Below, piece after piece: positions 37,249 to 48,492 of a DNA stretch of 64,000 bases. The stretch's first letter is position 1, and the number at the start of each line of letters is the position of its first letter. The notes under the pieces are model-generated. The model saw only the letters and a program-made list of their open reading frames with translations. It was not told the origin of the DNA and ran no database searches. The DNA is taken from contig DASYEY010000200.1 of the NCBI GenBank assembly GCA_036498725.1, positions 9,401-73,400 on the forward strand, written 5' to 3'. The DNA is from Verrucomicrobiia bacterium. GTDB lineage: Bacteria; Verrucomicrobiota; Verrucomicrobiia; Limisphaerales; UBA11358. The translations under genes and the position numbers were made by a program.

Positions 37249-39567
37249 CTAAGGATATAGCTCGATTTCACTGATTTGCGCAGCGTTCACGTAGGCTGGA
37301 TTGGCCGAAGCCCGAATCGTCAGGCGAAACGAATCCATCAACACCGGTTTTATTTTTGTCCGGTAAACTTGTGATTCCCGATTATCATTCACATTGATGA
37401 CTGACTGTTGGTGGCCATTAGCTTGGGCCGTGCCTTCGAAGCTGACTGGATACCCCGCTGGATCGGCAAAGTGGATCACCACGGTGGAAATCTTTGCCGG
37501 CTTGGCCAGATGCACTTCAATCCAATGCGGATGCGGCTGATTGAGTGACGAGTGCCAGCGGTTTGAAAAATCTTCCGGCGTGGCGATCACGCCATCAATC
37601 ACTTTTGCTGTGCCCCCCGGTTCCTGGGAGTATTCACTATCCGAAGTTGCCCAGGCTCCGTTTCGGGCGAGCGCCAAATCGTTCATCTGATTTTCCACGT
37701 GCGGCCGGGGTTTGGGTGGATTTGTCCACGTTGGCGCATGCGTCAAGGTCTGCCATGTTTGGCCGGTATCATAGGCTGTTGCCAAATTGAGCGGCTGTGG
37801 CAGCCAGGTGCGAAATATGTTTGTTTCACTGAAGCCATTGCCGGCGGAGGCATAGTCACAAAATGTTACTCCTCCTACATCAAACGCCATCCAGGCGCCG
37901 ATTTTTTTCGCGGCAGCGGGATTGGGTTTTAATTCTAAATTTCCACCTAACGCGATCTGCCGGGCGACGGGGGGGGTGAGCCGGTTATCCAAGGATAAAA
38001 CCACCGGGCCACGCTGCAACGCGACGCAGCCATTGAGTTCGACCAACCTGGCGTGCATGTCAAAGGTGATTTCCACCCGGTCACCCTTGTGCCATGTCCG
38101 GCGAATCTTTGCGTAACCCGGGGTAACCGGCAGGCTTTGTCCATTCACTTTCAACTGCGTGGTTTCGCTCCAGGCAGGTATGCGCAGTGTCAGCGTGAAT
38201 TCTTCGGGTTTGATGGGCGTCACCCGAATTTGGATTTTATTACTGACGGGATAGTCCCCGGTTAGCTCCAACTTGACGGTGCCAACCTGTGCATTTCCGG
38301 GGGCATACAGGTTTATAACCGGGCCATCGGCATTTTTCATGAATGCCCAGAATGGGGTTAGCATCAAGCCACGCGGGCCATTGACGACACAGCAACTCAA
38401 GCCGACGTCGGCGTGCTGCACATAACTCGGCACGCGCACGCCCATCAAACCATCAAAGTAAGCCCACCAGGCACCGTCTGGCATCATGGCGCCGAGCAAT
38501 CCGTTGTAGAGATTTCTTTCCAACTCATCTGCGTAACGCACATCGCCGGTCAGGCGCAGCAATTGATCGCAGAGCTTCATCCACGTCACGGTCACGCAGG
38601 TTTCCATCGGCTTTTCAATGACGCCCGTCTGCTGTTTGGCCCCGTCATACCAGACTTCATTATGCGTTCCTACCCCGACCAAAGTTGTTTCATTATGAAA
38701 GATGCCATCGGCGAGTTTTACGGAGGCTTTGAGATATTGGGATTGGCCGGTGGCCCGATAGAGTTCGCACAAGCCTTCGAAGCAGGACATCATTTCGTAG
38801 GCTTTGGGCGCACACATGGCGGCGGGATTTGTCCCGGCCAACGCATCTTCAACCAATCTCATGCCGGCGGGCAGACGTTGGGACGGCGCGCTCCAACAGG
38901 CGACGATGTGTTCGGCAAAATCCAAATATTTTTTGTCGCCGGTCCGTTCGTAGAGCAATACCACGGGCTCCAATACGGATGACGCCGGCAAACCATTCCA
39001 TTCGCCGACATCGGCAATATCCTTTTTGCCTGGACCAAGTTCTTCGATCAAAACATCCGCTTGTCGCCGCGCTGCCGTCAGCACGGTTGCATCCTGCGTT
39101 CGATCGTAATCCGCCAGCAAACCCAACAAAGCATACTTGCAGCCCCAAACATCCCAGCCGGCCAGGCGATGTTTCGGCGTACGCGTGCCGAGATAACCAT
39201 CCGGGGCAGCGGTTGCGATCAGTGCTTTCACGGCTTCATCACGCAAGGTTTGGGTCGCGGGCGTAGAGTGGTATGCATCCGCCAGCGTCAAGGACGTGAA
39301 CCATTTGCCCCAGTATTCACAGCGCCAATCAGCGCCACCGATCTCCGTTTTAGCGCAATAGGGCGCGATCATGGGTTCCAGATCCTGTGCCAAAATTCGA
39401 TGGTCCACGCATAGGGCAAGCTTCTCTCCCAGGCGTCCGCCAATCTGCACTGATCCGGGAATTGCGGGCGCAAAAACATCGGGGCCATTGGTTTGGGCGA
39501 AAGCGAACCCAGCTGTGCCGGCATAATTAAAAGCCAGTATCAGGCCAAAGATAAATTTGAAGTTCAT
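37249..39567 (-). CDS. Glycoside hydrolase family 127 (beta-L-arabinofuranosidase-like, DUF1680) with a C-terminal F5/8 type C (discoidin) domain, secreted
   Basis: 772 aa with a signal peptide. The GH127 Zn/catalytic Cys signatures PMETCVTV and GLSCCVVNGPRG are present. The C-terminal domain reads ...RWHSSLNQPHPHWIEVHL...VVIHFADP...AQISEIELYP. Confidence 0.75.
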   Translation of the reverse strand: MNFKFIFGLILAFNYAGTAGFAFAQTNGPDVFAPAIPGSVQIGGRLGEKLALCVDHRILAQDLEPMIAPYCAKTEIGGADWRCEYWGKWFTSLTLADAYHSTPATQTLRDEAVKALIATAAPDGYLGTRTPKHRLAGWDVWGCKYALLGLLADYDRTQDATVLTAARRQADVLIEELGPGKKDIADVGEWNGLPASSVLEPVVLLYERTGDKKYLDFAEHIVACWSAPSQRLPAGMRLVEDALAGTNPAAMCAPKAYEMMSCFEGLCELYRATGQSQYLKASVKLADGIFHNETTLVGVGTHNEVWYDGAKQQTGVIEKPMETCVTVTWMKLCDQLLRLTGDVRYADELERNLYNGLLGAMMPDGAWWAYFDGLMGVRVPSYVQHADVGLSCCVVNGPRGLMLTPFWAFMKNADGPVINLYAPGNAQVGTVKLELTGDYPVSNKIQIRVTPIKPEEFTLTLRIPAWSETTQLKVNGQSLPVTPGYAKIRRTWHKGDRVEITFDMHARLVELNGCVALQRGPVVLSLDNRLTPPVARQIALGGNLELKPNPAAAKKIGAWMAFDVGGVTFCDYASAGNGFSETNIFRTWLPQPLNLATAYDTGQTWQTLTHAPTWTNPPKPRPHVENQMNDLALARNGAWATSDSEYSQEPGGTAKVIDGVIATPEDFSNRWHSSLNQPHPHWIEVHLAKPAKISTVVIHFADPAGYPVSFEGTAQANGHQQSVINVNDNRESQVYRTKIKPVLMDSFRLTIRASANPAYVNAAQISEIELYP

Positions 39568-39617
39568 TGAATTGCGTCGCTCGTTTTATGGGGATAAAGT
39601 CATTTTGCCAAGCGCAT

Positions 39618-42059
39618 TCATCGTTTTGAATACCCCAAGGCTTGTCCATCCGGGCTTTGCAGCTTCCAATCGTTTTTATTGATGACAATTTTAACCGCGC
39701 CAACGCTGCTGGTATAAATCACCGGCACATTTTTTTCGGCCAGCCGGTCTTTGAGTTCGCGTTTGGCACGGCGATTGGCGGGCAGTTCGGAATCGGCGAT
39801 AATGATGAGTTTAGGTTGGATGGCGGCGAGGAGGGCATCGCAGAGCGGTTCGCCTTCATTGGGCAAACCGGTGACAACAATATCTGCGTGTAAATCCGTG
39901 GTGGCAGCCAGCAATGCACTTTGCCCGGCGCGGCTTAGATCCGATAGGAGCAAAACTTTGCAGCCGGGGAAATTGCCCTGCAAAACCAGCGCATTATCGT
40001 CGGCATGCGAAAGATTCTTCCCGGCGATGGGATATAACATTTGCCAGTCATCGATGGTTTTCCCGGCGTCAAAGATTTTATGACGTGATGGTTTTGAGCC
40101 GGACGGCTGGCGATTTGTTTCAAAGGCGGTGACCGTTTCCCGATATGTCGGTGACCGGAATTTTACATTGCTGGTCCACAATTCACCGACGCCAAAGAGT
40201 TTATCCAATAAACTCGCGCCGCCGATGTTGCGTTTATCCCCCTCGGTTAAAACGAGGCGGGGAATTCGATTCACGCCTTGCGCATGCAGATAGTTTTTGA
40301 GTGTGAAATCAACGGAAGTTTCGTCGCCACAATCCACGAGCCAATCGTTGGCTTGCCCAGTGGCATCCACATAAATGGCGTGGCCGCCATTCAAGGGCAG
40401 GACAGTCAGGTCAACCTCGGCACGGGTGTTTTCCCATTGGACAAAATAAATCGTGGCAACAAAAAGCAATATGACGCCACTGATGATTTTGTGGCGTGAC
40501 GTTTTGAGCCATCCGCAAAAAAACGCGACGACGGCGAGATAAAAGAAACCGACCGTGAACCAGGAGATTTCTGGGACATAGAAATAAGCGCCCGGAATCC
40601 GGCTAGATTCAACGCTGACCCACGTCATGGCAGTCATGAAAAACCAGGCGGCGTGGTTGAATAATTCCGTGGCCAGCGTAAACCAGTTGCCGCAGATGAT
40701 GGCGCCAAGATTCGCCATGAGCGCCAAAGTGCCCAAGGGCACGGCCAGCAGATTAGCAGGGGTTGAGATCAGGCTGAATAGGTGGAAATACTTGATCGAA
40801 AGCGGCAGTGAACCGATCCAGGCCGTGAAGGAGAGTGCACAGAAACGGGCAAAGTAACGGGTTTGCCGTAGAAAAAATTTTCGACGGTCGGAGATCAATA
40901 CCTCCGGCAACAAAGGATCATGCTGCAAGATCCGGTCCAGGAAATCATTCAACGGCGGCAACATGACCGCGATGATGAGCATGACAAAAAAAGATAGTTG
41001 AAAACTGGCCTCAAACAGTTGGCGTGGTTCCCAGGCGAGAATAATCGAGGCAGCCACGGCCAGGGAATTTAACAGATCACTGGGACGTTTCAGTGCCCAG
41101 CCGCCGATGACGACGCTCATCATCACGGAGGCGCGGACGGCGGGGGATTCCCAACCGGTGGCAGCGGTATAAAACCAGATGAGCGGAATGGCAATAACAC
41201 CGCACCAGGCCCGGGAGACTTGTAGTGTGCGCAGCAACGCCACGAGTATGCCGGCGATCAAGGCAATGCGTAAGCCATCAATCGCGAACATGTGCATGGT
41301 TCCGGCCCGCAGGAAAGGTTCGCTGATGTCATTCGAAAAAGCAGTGCGCCAGCCCAGCGTCATGGCCCAGAGTAATCGCAGCGGTTCATCTTCTGCCGGC
41401 AGGCCACGCGCCAAAACCTGTTTCGACCAGGCGAGAAAACGATCGGTCAAGGGTGGTCGCGATCGGGTCGCCCCGGATAATTTCCAGTCGTTGGTGGATT
41501 GTGTCTTGAGTTCGTAATAAACATCATGCAACCGCAAATATTCACGGTAGTCAAAAAGCCCTTCCGCCTGAAGCGATGGCGGGCAGGCGATGACGCCGGA
41601 AATCTCAACGTTTTGGCCGGCAAAGTAATCCGACGCCAGGGCGTTGGGGGTGGCGACGATAATTTTGCCGGAGGCCGGCTGCCATTGTCCGTCGTGTTGC
41701 CAGGCGGTGACTTCAACCTGGGCCAACGAATGTTCGGTTTCAATATCATGGCGTTCGACCAGCTTGATATGCGGAGTTTCAATCAATCTCCCCCGCACGT
41801 TGACAATGGCGGGTTGGCTGCCAAGCAATAAACGCAGGTCGCAGGGTGAAAGGATGGCCGTGTGAAAAACCAGATTGGTCCAGCCGGTAAAAGCGAGCAG
41901 GGCGCATAGCAAATAAGGACGAACTTTTTCGAACGCCAGGGCGAAACCAAGCAGGCAGAATGTGATCGAAAAAAGCGCCGTCAGCGGCGGTTGAAAGCAT
42001 TTCCCCAGCAACAATCCCATCGCGTAAAACAATACTACGATGATGAACGGACGATTCAT
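39618..42059 (-). CDS. comEC: ComEC/Rec2-family DNA internalisation channel protein
   Basis: The start is taken at ATG 42059 (MNRPFIIVVLFY), which gives an ATGA overlap with the vanZ-like stop. It has a polytopic core with AGTMHMFAIDGLRIALIAG (the G..HllAiSGlH motif) and a C-terminal metallo-beta-lactamase-like domain with a degenerate first motif (LPLNGGHAIYVD). Confidence 0.8.
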   Translation of the reverse strand: MNRPFIIVVLFYAMGLLLGKCFQPPLTALFSITFCLLGFALAFEKVRPYLLCALLAFTGWTNLVFHTAILSPCDLRLLLGSQPAIVNVRGRLIETPHIKLVERHDIETEHSLAQVEVTAWQHDGQWQPASGKIIVATPNALASDYFAGQNVEISGVIACPPSLQAEGLFDYREYLRLHDVYYELKTQSTNDWKLSGATRSRPPLTDRFLAWSKQVLARGLPAEDEPLRLLWAMTLGWRTAFSNDISEPFLRAGTMHMFAIDGLRIALIAGILVALLRTLQVSRAWCGVIAIPLIWFYTAATGWESPAVRASVMMSVVIGGWALKRPSDLLNSLAVAASIILAWEPRQLFEASFQLSFFVMLIIAVMLPPLNDFLDRILQHDPLLPEVLISDRRKFFLRQTRYFARFCALSFTAWIGSLPLSIKYFHLFSLISTPANLLAVPLGTLALMANLGAIICGNWFTLATELFNHAAWFFMTAMTWVSVESSRIPGAYFYVPEISWFTVGFFYLAVVAFFCGWLKTSRHKIISGVILLFVATIYFVQWENTRAEVDLTVLPLNGGHAIYVDATGQANDWLVDCGDETSVDFTLKNYLHAQGVNRIPRLVLTEGDKRNIGGASLLDKLFGVGELWTSNVKFRSPTYRETVTAFETNRQPSGSKPSRHKIFDAGKTIDDWQMLYPIAGKNLSHADDNALVLQGNFPGCKVLLLSDLSRAGQSALLAATTDLHADIVVTGLPNEGEPLCDALLAAIQPKLIIIADSELPANRRAKRELKDRLAEKNVPVIYTSSVGAVKIVINKNDWKLQSPDGQALGYSKR

Positions 42060-42595
42060 GCCTTGCGTCCAGGCAGCCAGCGTCCGATCAACCACAGGAT
42101 CAACAGTGCCAGGGCGCCGCCCGCGGTATCAATCAAGACATCGGAGAACAATGCCGTGCGGGTGGGTACAAAAACCTGATGAAATTCATCGGAGCATGCG
42201 AAGCAAAAAACGATGGCCAGTGCCAGCGCGGCATGGTTCCAACACCACGGCCGGGGTTGACTTTTCTGTGGTTTGGCCACCGCCCGCCACACCAGCAAAG
42301 TAAGGATGGCATATTCGGTAAGATGGCAGCATTTACGAAACAAATGATGGATCTCCAGAATCTGCGGGGTCGGCATATGGGGAAACAGCCAGCGCAATAG
42401 CGGTTCAAAAAGAGTGGAAGAATGCTGGTAGGATTTGGCATCGGAAGAAAAACCAAAGATCAAGGTCATCCACACCAGCACCACCAGCCAGTATCGCAGG
42501 AAATTATTCGTTTTCGACACGCAGGCAAAAAAACAGATTTTTCGCGCGGGGCAATAAGAAAGTGCCTGGCGGATGAATTGAATGGACCTGGGCAA
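42056..42595 (-). CDS. VanZ-family membrane protein
   Basis: It carries WLVVLVWMTLIFGFSSD and the motif SDEFHQVFVPTRTALFSDVLIDTAGGALA. The start is uncertain: TTG at 42595, or an internal GTG giving MSKTNNFLRYW. Confidence 0.7.
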   Translation of the reverse strand: MPRSIQFIRQALSYCPARKICFFACVSKTNNFLRYWLVVLVWMTLIFGFSSDAKSYQHSSTLFEPLLRWLFPHMPTPQILEIHHLFRKCCHLTEYAILTLLVWRAVAKPQKSQPRPWCWNHAALALAIVFCFACSDEFHQVFVPTRTALFSDVLIDTAGGALALLILWLIGRWLPGRKA

Positions 42596-42660
42596 CGCGT
42601 CTTGACTGGCATTTTGAATGTTAAATCAATTTGCCAAAAGGGCTGGATTTTGGCACAGAG

Positions 42661-44271
42661 ATGCGTTCGATGAAGAAATTATTTATCTTTGGTGCGTGGA
42701 TGTTGGCGGCGGTGGTCAGCCGGGCGGCCTTGCCGCAACCGGATTTGATCGCACAAATTCATTTTGCGGGCGCGCAACAGATTTCCCACGGCAAGGATTT
42801 TTCCGCGTTCACGAACGAATTTGCCTCGGACGAAGCCCATGCTCTGGCCAGCCAGACATTTGACAAACTTTCCCGGGCCCCGGGCGCATGGTTAAAAAAC
42901 AAGCTGGCCGCCGGCGCCACTGACGGTGCGGCGCAATTGCGCCCGTTGCTCGACGATTTACTGGTATCCGAATGGTTTTTTGAAGCGCGTGACACGGCCA
43001 GTGGTTCGCCGGAATATGTGCTCGCTGTCCGTTTATCCAATGAACGCGCGGAATTGTGGAGCAAAAACCTGGCGTCAGTTTTGTCGGGCTGGACCGGCAT
43101 TGGGATCACTCAGGGCAAGCCGGGAGCATGGTCATTGAAAAAGCACGAAGCCCCGAATTTATTTCAGTTCAGCCGGGTGGGTGATTGGGTGTTGATTGAT
43201 TGCGGACAGAACAGCCTGTCATTGGTCGAAAAAGTAATCGGGTCCATTAAGTCACAGACTATGGGGACCAATTGGCTGGCGGCCGATTTGAATTGGCCGC
43301 GCCTGGCGCAGCTGGTTCCGGGTTTCAAGGGTTGGGATCTGCCGGAAGCAAAATTCACCGTATCCGCCGCCGCCGAAAATTTGCATATCAACGGAAAACT
43401 TCTTTTGCCGGAAAATTTTACGGGCGCTTTGCCGAATTGGCAGATCCCCACGAACACGATCCATCAACCCTTCGTGAGTTTTACCGCCGCCCGCGGCCTG
43501 GGCGCGTGGTTGAATGCCCAGCCATGGGCGAAGACGTATGAGATTGCGCCCGCCCCAAACCAGTTTTTCATCTGGGGGCTGGCAAATGTCCCTTACCAGA
43601 CATTCATGGCCACGCCGGTGGCGAACGCGGCGGGAGCCTTGGCACAAAGTTACGCCCATTTGAGCCCAGTCTTCAATTCACCGGTCGTCGTGGGTAATTT
43701 TTTCTCACACATCAAACTTGAGAAGACCAACGATATCATCCGTTTTACCGGCATCCCGTTTATTTCAGCATATTTGCAAGCCGTGACGGAAAAGAACGGG
43801 CAATTTTTACTGGCAGGGGCCTTTCCCAATACACCGCGTTCCAAGCCGTTGCCACCGGAATTATTTACCCGCCTCGCGCAAAAAAACCTGGCGTATTATC
43901 ACTGGGAAATCACGGCCGAACGTTTTCCGCAACTGCTTAACCTGACGCAATTGGGCATGGTATTGAGTGACCGCCAGCAGTTGGCGGCGAATTCAGTGGC
44001 GCTGAAATGGATGCAAAAAACCACACCGGCACTGGGCAACACCATCACGGAAGTTTTTCAAACGGGACCAGATGAATTGACGTTCAATCGCTTGGCTCCC
44101 GGTGGTTTAACGGCTTTTGAATTGATTGCCTTGGGACATTGGTTGGAGGCAAAAAACTTTCCGGGTTGCGATCTGAAATTGCCGCCCCGCCCCAATTTTA
44201 ATAATCGGCGTTTGCATCCCCCGGGCGCGATGCGGGTGCCGACCTCGCCAGCGGTGCCTGTGGCGCATTGA
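42661..44271 (+). CDS. Hypothetical secreted protein
   Basis: About 536 aa from ATG 42661 (MRSMKKLFIFGAWMLAAVVSRA signal). I recognised no family. It ends 4 bp before pdxJ. Confidence 0.55.
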   Translation: MRSMKKLFIFGAWMLAAVVSRAALPQPDLIAQIHFAGAQQISHGKDFSAFTNEFASDEAHALASQTFDKLSRAPGAWLKNKLAAGATDGAAQLRPLLDDLLVSEWFFEARDTASGSPEYVLAVRLSNERAELWSKNLASVLSGWTGIGITQGKPGAWSLKKHEAPNLFQFSRVGDWVLIDCGQNSLSLVEKVIGSIKSQTMGTNWLAADLNWPRLAQLVPGFKGWDLPEAKFTVSAAAENLHINGKLLLPENFTGALPNWQIPTNTIHQPFVSFTAARGLGAWLNAQPWAKTYEIAPAPNQFFIWGLANVPYQTFMATPVANAAGALAQSYAHLSPVFNSPVVVGNFFSHIKLEKTNDIIRFTGIPFISAYLQAVTEKNGQFLLAGAFPNTPRSKPLPPELFTRLAQKNLAYYHWEITAERFPQLLNLTQLGMVLSDRQQLAANSVALKWMQKTTPALGNTITEVFQTGPDELTFNRLAPGGLTAFELIALGHWLEAKNFPGCDLKLPPRPNFNNRRLHPPGAMRVPTSPAVPVAH

Positions 44272-44275
44272 TCCT

Positions 44276-45022
44276 ATGTTAAAATTAGGCGTCAATATTG
44301 ATCATGTTGCCACCCTGCGGGAGGCGCGTTATCGCGGCGGCCTTTCGGGCGAGCCAAGCCCGGCCATGGCGGCGGAAGTTTGCGAAGCGGCCGGAGCCCA
44401 TGGGATCACAGCCCATTTGCGCGAAGATCGCCGGCATATCCAGGATCGTGACGTTTGGGAATTGCGCCGGGTGGTCAAAACCCGATTGAACCTTGAGATG
44501 GCGAATACGCCGGAGATGGTTGAGATCGCATTAAAATTAAAACCCGAGATCGTCTGCATCGTGCCCGAGCGACGCCAGGAATTGACGACCGAAGGCGGGC
44601 TGGATGTGGTGGCAGCGGAAAAATCCCTGGCCGAAATGCGTCAGCGCCTGAATGATGCGGGGATTGAAGTGAGTTTGTTTATCACGCCGGACGAAGCCCA
44701 GATCGCCGCCAGTGCACGCACAGGCAGCCAGTTTATCGAACTGCACACGGGAAAGTTCGCTGAAGAATTTTCAAAAACGGAAGGCGAAAAGCGAAAAACG
44801 GAATTATCACGTCTGATTGCCGGTGCTGAGCAAGCACATGCCCTTGGCTTGAAGGTGAATGCCGGCCACGGATTGAATTGCGCCAATCTGCCGGCACTGT
44901 TTCAGGTGCCGCATATGGTGGAATTAAACATCGGTCACAGTCTCATCAGTCGCGCGGTTTTCATCGGGCTGGAAAATGCCGTCAAGGAAATGCTGGAGCT
45001 GATGAAAGCGTATCGCGGCTAA
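44276..45022 (+). CDS. pdxJ: Pyridoxine 5'-phosphate synthase
   Basis: It carries MLKLGVNIDHVATLREARYRGG..EPSP...GITAHLREDRRHIQDRDV...LNLEMA...ELHTG.FA...VNAGHGL. Confidence 0.9.
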   Translation: MLKLGVNIDHVATLREARYRGGLSGEPSPAMAAEVCEAAGAHGITAHLREDRRHIQDRDVWELRRVVKTRLNLEMANTPEMVEIALKLKPEIVCIVPERRQELTTEGGLDVVAAEKSLAEMRQRLNDAGIEVSLFITPDEAQIAASARTGSQFIELHTGKFAEEFSKTEGEKRKTELSRLIAGAEQAHALGLKVNAGHGLNCANLPALFQVPHMVELNIGHSLISRAVFIGLENAVKEMLELMKAYRG

Positions 45023-45023
45023 A

Positions 45024-45401
45024 ATGATTCTAGGCACCGGCATTGACATCATCGAAGTGGCGCGAATTGCGTCGTCGTTTGAGAAATTTGGCGACCGGTT
45101 TGTGAACCGGATTTTGTTGCCGGATGAGATTGCCTATTGTGTCTCGCATCGCAAACCGGCTGCCTTCCTGGCGGTGCGGTTTGCCGCCAAGGAGGCGATC
45201 TCCAAGGCATTTGGCACGGGCATTGGGGCTTCGCTGGGGTGGCTGGACATGGAGATCAAGCGCAAGGAATCTGGCGAGCCGTTTGTGGTTTTACATAATA
45301 AAGGGAAAACCCTCTTTGAATCACGGGGCGCCCGGCAATTGCTGGTCAGTTTGAGTCACACTGAAAACTACGCGGCGGCCACGGCGATTTTGGAAGGATA
45401 G
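45024..45401 (+). CDS. acpS: Holo-[acyl-carrier-protein] synthase
   Basis: It carries MILGTGIDIIEVARI...RFAAKEAISKAFGTGIG...SLSHTENYAAA. It shows the classic pdxJ-acpS adjacency, with a 1-bp gap. Confidence 0.9.
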   Translation: MILGTGIDIIEVARIASSFEKFGDRFVNRILLPDEIAYCVSHRKPAAFLAVRFAAKEAISKAFGTGIGASLGWLDMEIKRKESGEPFVVLHNKGKTLFESRGARQLLVSLSHTENYAAATAILEG

Positions 45402-45486
45402 GGGGAGTTTTCGCCGCCGAATATGCCAAAGGCGTGAAACTTGGGTGAATTTGAACCGTTTCAGCCATTTTTACGAGCTTCATTCA

Positions 45487-45514
45487 TTGACTACCGGCCT
45501 TACTTTGGTAAATT
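45487..45514 (+). promoter_or_regulatory. Candidate sigma70-like promoter for ppdK (TTGACT-N16-TAAATT)
   Basis: Hexamers at 45487..45492 and 45509..45514, about 42 nt upstream of ATG 45556. This is a pattern match only. Confidence 0.35.
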
Positions 45515-45555
45515 CACCGCTCGTTTTCACCGATTAATTTCCGTTGATACAATTT

Positions 45556-48303
45556 ATGGCCAAAGCAACTAAATCAAACAAATACGTTTACACCTGGGGC
45601 AACAAAAAAGCTGACGGCGACGGCAGCATGAAAGCCCTCCTCGGCGGCAAAGGCGCGAATCTCGCTGAAATGACGCGCATCGGCCTGCCGGTGCCTCCCG
45701 GTTTCACGATCACCACTGAAGTCTGCACGTACTTTTACGCGAACAAACGCACGTACCCGGCGGTTCTGCAAGCGCAGATGGAAGCGGGTGTGGCCAACAT
45801 GGAAAAGATCATGGGCACGAAGTTCGGTTCAACCAGCGGCATGCCGTTGCTCGTGGCCGTCCGTTCTGGTGCGCGTGATTCCATGCCGGGCATGATGGAT
45901 ACGATTTTGAACCTCGGTTTGAACGACCAATCCGTGATCGCTCTGGAAAAAGCGACGAACAATGCGCGTTTCGCGTGGGATTGCTACCGCCGTTTCATCC
46001 AGATGTATGGCGACGTCGTCCTCGGCGTGCAGAAGCGCGAAGGTGAAGATCACGAACCGTTTGAAACGATCATCCACGAATTCAAACACGAAAAATATCA
46101 CAAAGACATCGTGGACAGCGAATTGACCGCCGAAGATCAGGCGGAACTCGTGAAACGTTTCAAGGCCCTCGTCAAGGAGCGCACCGGCAAGGTGTTTCCG
46201 AATAATCCGTGGGATCAATTGCGCGGCGCTGCCGGCGCTGTGTTTGGTTCCTGGATGAATGATCGGGCGATTGTTTATCGCCGCAAATATAATATCCCCA
46301 CCGAATGGGGAACCGCCGTCAATGTTCAAGCGATGGTGTTCGGTAACACCGGCGCGGATTCCGGTTCCGGTGTCGCGTTCACGCGCAATCCCGCGAACGG
46401 CACGAATGAATTCTACGGCGAATTTCTTATCAACGCGCAGGGCGAAGACGTCGTCGCCGGTGTCCGCACCCCGGAACCCGTGTTGAAATTGAAGGACGAA
46501 ATGCCGAAGTCCTACGCGGAACTCATGGCCGTGCGCAAAACTTTGGAAAAACATTTCAAAGACGTGCAGGACATCGAATTCACCGTGCAGAGCGGCAAGT
46601 TGTTCATGCTCCAGACACGTAACGGCAAGCGCACCGCCGCCGCCGCGCTGAAGTTTGCCGCCGACATGGTGAAAGAAAAATTAATTGATTGGGAAACCGC
46701 GATTCTCCGCAATCCGGCCGATCAATTGGAACAATTGCTCGCCCCGATCTTTGATTTGAGCGAAGTCAAAAAAGCGAAAGTTATCGCCACCGGTCTCCCG
46801 GCTGGTCCAGGTGCGGCTACCGGCAAGATTTATTTCAATGCCGAACGCGCCGTCGAAGCAGAAAACAAGGGCGAAAAAGTGTTGCTCGTCCGCGTCGAAA
46901 CGTCGCCGGAAGATTTGCGCGGCATGATCGCAGCGGAAGGCATCTTGACCGCTCGCGGTGGGGTGAGTTCCCACGCGGCACTCGTTGCTCGTCAAATGGG
47001 CAAAGTCTGTGTCTGCGGCGCCGCCGGCGTTCAGATCGACTATGACAAGAAAACGACGACCATTGACGGCCAGACCTTCAAGGAAGGCGATTTCCTCTCG
47101 ATTGACGGTACCTCCGGTCTCGTCTATGCGGGCCAGATCAAAACTGCTCCGTCAGAAATCATCACCGGTTTGTTGAACAACGATAAAGCCGCGCAGAAAA
47201 CCGAGAAATATAAAAACTACGTCCTGTTGATGAGCTGGTGCAAAAAAGCGACGAAACTCGCTGTCCGCACCAATGCTGATACGCCGGAACAAACATCGCA
47301 AGCCATTGCGTTCGGCGCTGAAGGCATCGGCCTCACCCGCACGGAACACATGTTCTTTGAAGGTGATCGCATTGATGCAATGCGTGAAATGATTCTCGCG
47401 GACAATCTCGCGACGCGCGAAACCGCACTGGCGAAATTGCTGCCATATCAACGCGACGACTTCTTCGGCATCTTCAAGGCGCTGAAAGGTTATCCGGCCA
47501 CAATCCGTTTCCTAGACCCGCCATTGCATGAATTCCTCCCGAACACGAAGGAAGCGCAAGCTGATCTCGCGAAGAAATTGGGCATTGCCGTTGAAAAAAT
47601 CGAACAGCGCGTGCACGAACTCCATGAGTTCAATCCAATGCTCGGTTTCCGCGGCTGCCGCCTCGGCATCAAGTATCCCGAAATCACCCGCATGCAGGCG
47701 CGCGCTGTGCTCGAAGCCGCCGCTGATGCGACAAAAAAAGGTTTCAAGGCCAAACCGGAAATCATGATCCCGCTCGTCGGTTTCAAGAAGGAATTGGACT
47801 TGCAAGTCGCCATCGTTCACGAAGTCGCTGCCTTGGTGCAGAAGGAAAAGAAAGTGAAGATCGCCTACAGCGTCGGCACGATGATCGAAATCCCGCGCGG
47901 TGCCCTCACCGCTGATGAGATCGCGCAGACGGCTGAGTTCTTTAGCTTCGGCACGAACGACCTCACGCAGACCTGCCTCGGCATGAGCCGTGACGATTCC
48001 GGTTCGTTCCTCGGTGCTTACACCGAAAATGAAATCGTGAAGAAAAACCCGTTTGCCTCGATTGATCAGACCGGCGTCGGCCAGCTCATCCAAATCGCGG
48101 CCGAGAAGGGGAACAAAACCCGTCCTGGCATCAAGCTCGGTATTTGTGGCGAACACGGCGGCGATCCTGATTCCGTCAAGTTCTGCCACCGCGTCGGTCT
48201 CACCTATGTGAGCTGCTCGCCGTACCGCGTGCCCGTCGCCCGTTTGGCTGCCGCACAAGCCGCCATCGAAGAAAAACGTAAGGCAACGGCCAAGAAAAAA
48301 TAA
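45556..48303 (+). CDS. ppdK: Pyruvate, phosphate dikinase
   Basis: About 915 aa from ATG 45556 ([15 protein letters not shown]). It carries [26 protein letters not shown], the phospho-His loop [19 protein letters not shown], and a PEP-utilising C-domain with [10 protein letters not shown]. Confidence 0.92.
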   Translation: MAKATKSNKYVYTWGNKKADGDGSMKALLGGKGANLAEMTRIGLPVPPGFTITTEVCTYFYANKRTYPAVLQAQMEAGVANMEKIMGTKFGSTSGMPLLVAVRSGARDSMPGMMDTILNLGLNDQSVIALEKATNNARFAWDCYRRFIQMYGDVVLGVQKREGEDHEPFETIIHEFKHEKYHKDIVDSELTAEDQAELVKRFKALVKERTGKVFPNNPWDQLRGAAGAVFGSWMNDRAIVYRRKYNIPTEWGTAVNVQAMVFGNTGADSGSGVAFTRNPANGTNEFYGEFLINAQGEDVVAGVRTPEPVLKLKDEMPKSYAELMAVRKTLEKHFKDVQDIEFTVQSGKLFMLQTRNGKRTAAAALKFAADMVKEKLIDWETAILRNPADQLEQLLAPIFDLSEVKKAKVIATGLPAGPGAATGKIYFNAERAVEAENKGEKVLLVRVETSPEDLRGMIAAEGILTARGGVSSHAALVARQMGKVCVCGAAGVQIDYDKKTTTIDGQTFKEGDFLSIDGTSGLVYAGQIKTAPSEIITGLLNNDKAAQKTEKYKNYVLLMSWCKKATKLAVRTNADTPEQTSQAIAFGAEGIGLTRTEHMFFEGDRIDAMREMILADNLATRETALAKLLPYQRDDFFGIFKALKGYPATIRFLDPPLHEFLPNTKEAQADLAKKLGIAVEKIEQRVHELHEFNPMLGFRGCRLGIKYPEITRMQARAVLEAAADATKKGFKAKPEIMIPLVGFKKELDLQVAIVHEVAALVQKEKKVKIAYSVGTMIEIPRGALTADEIAQTAEFFSFGTNDLTQTCLGMSRDDSGSFLGAYTENEIVKKNPFASIDQTGVGQLIQIAAEKGNKTRPGIKLGICGEHGGDPDSVKFCHRVGLTYVSCSPYRVPVARLAAAQAAIEEKRKATAKKK

Positions 48304-48349
48304 TTAAACGATGGCAGGGCTGGCCTGCCTCGATCTAAAAAATCAAAAA

Positions 48350-48378
48350 CCGCTCCGGGAAACCGGAGCGGTTTTTTT
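48350..48378 (+). terminator. Rho-independent terminator downstream of ppdK
   Basis: CCGCTCCGG(48350..48358)-GAAA-CCGGAGCGG(48363..48371), followed by T7 (48372..48378). The stem is preceded by an A-run. Confidence 0.85.
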
Positions 48379-48492
48379 ATGCAGTGGAATAAATGCCCTA
48401 TTCCAAACTGGCTTCAGTTTTGGAATGGTTTTTTCCTTGTAGAACCGGCGATCGGCGTTCACAGTCGCAGCAGGTTTAAAAATAATCAACTT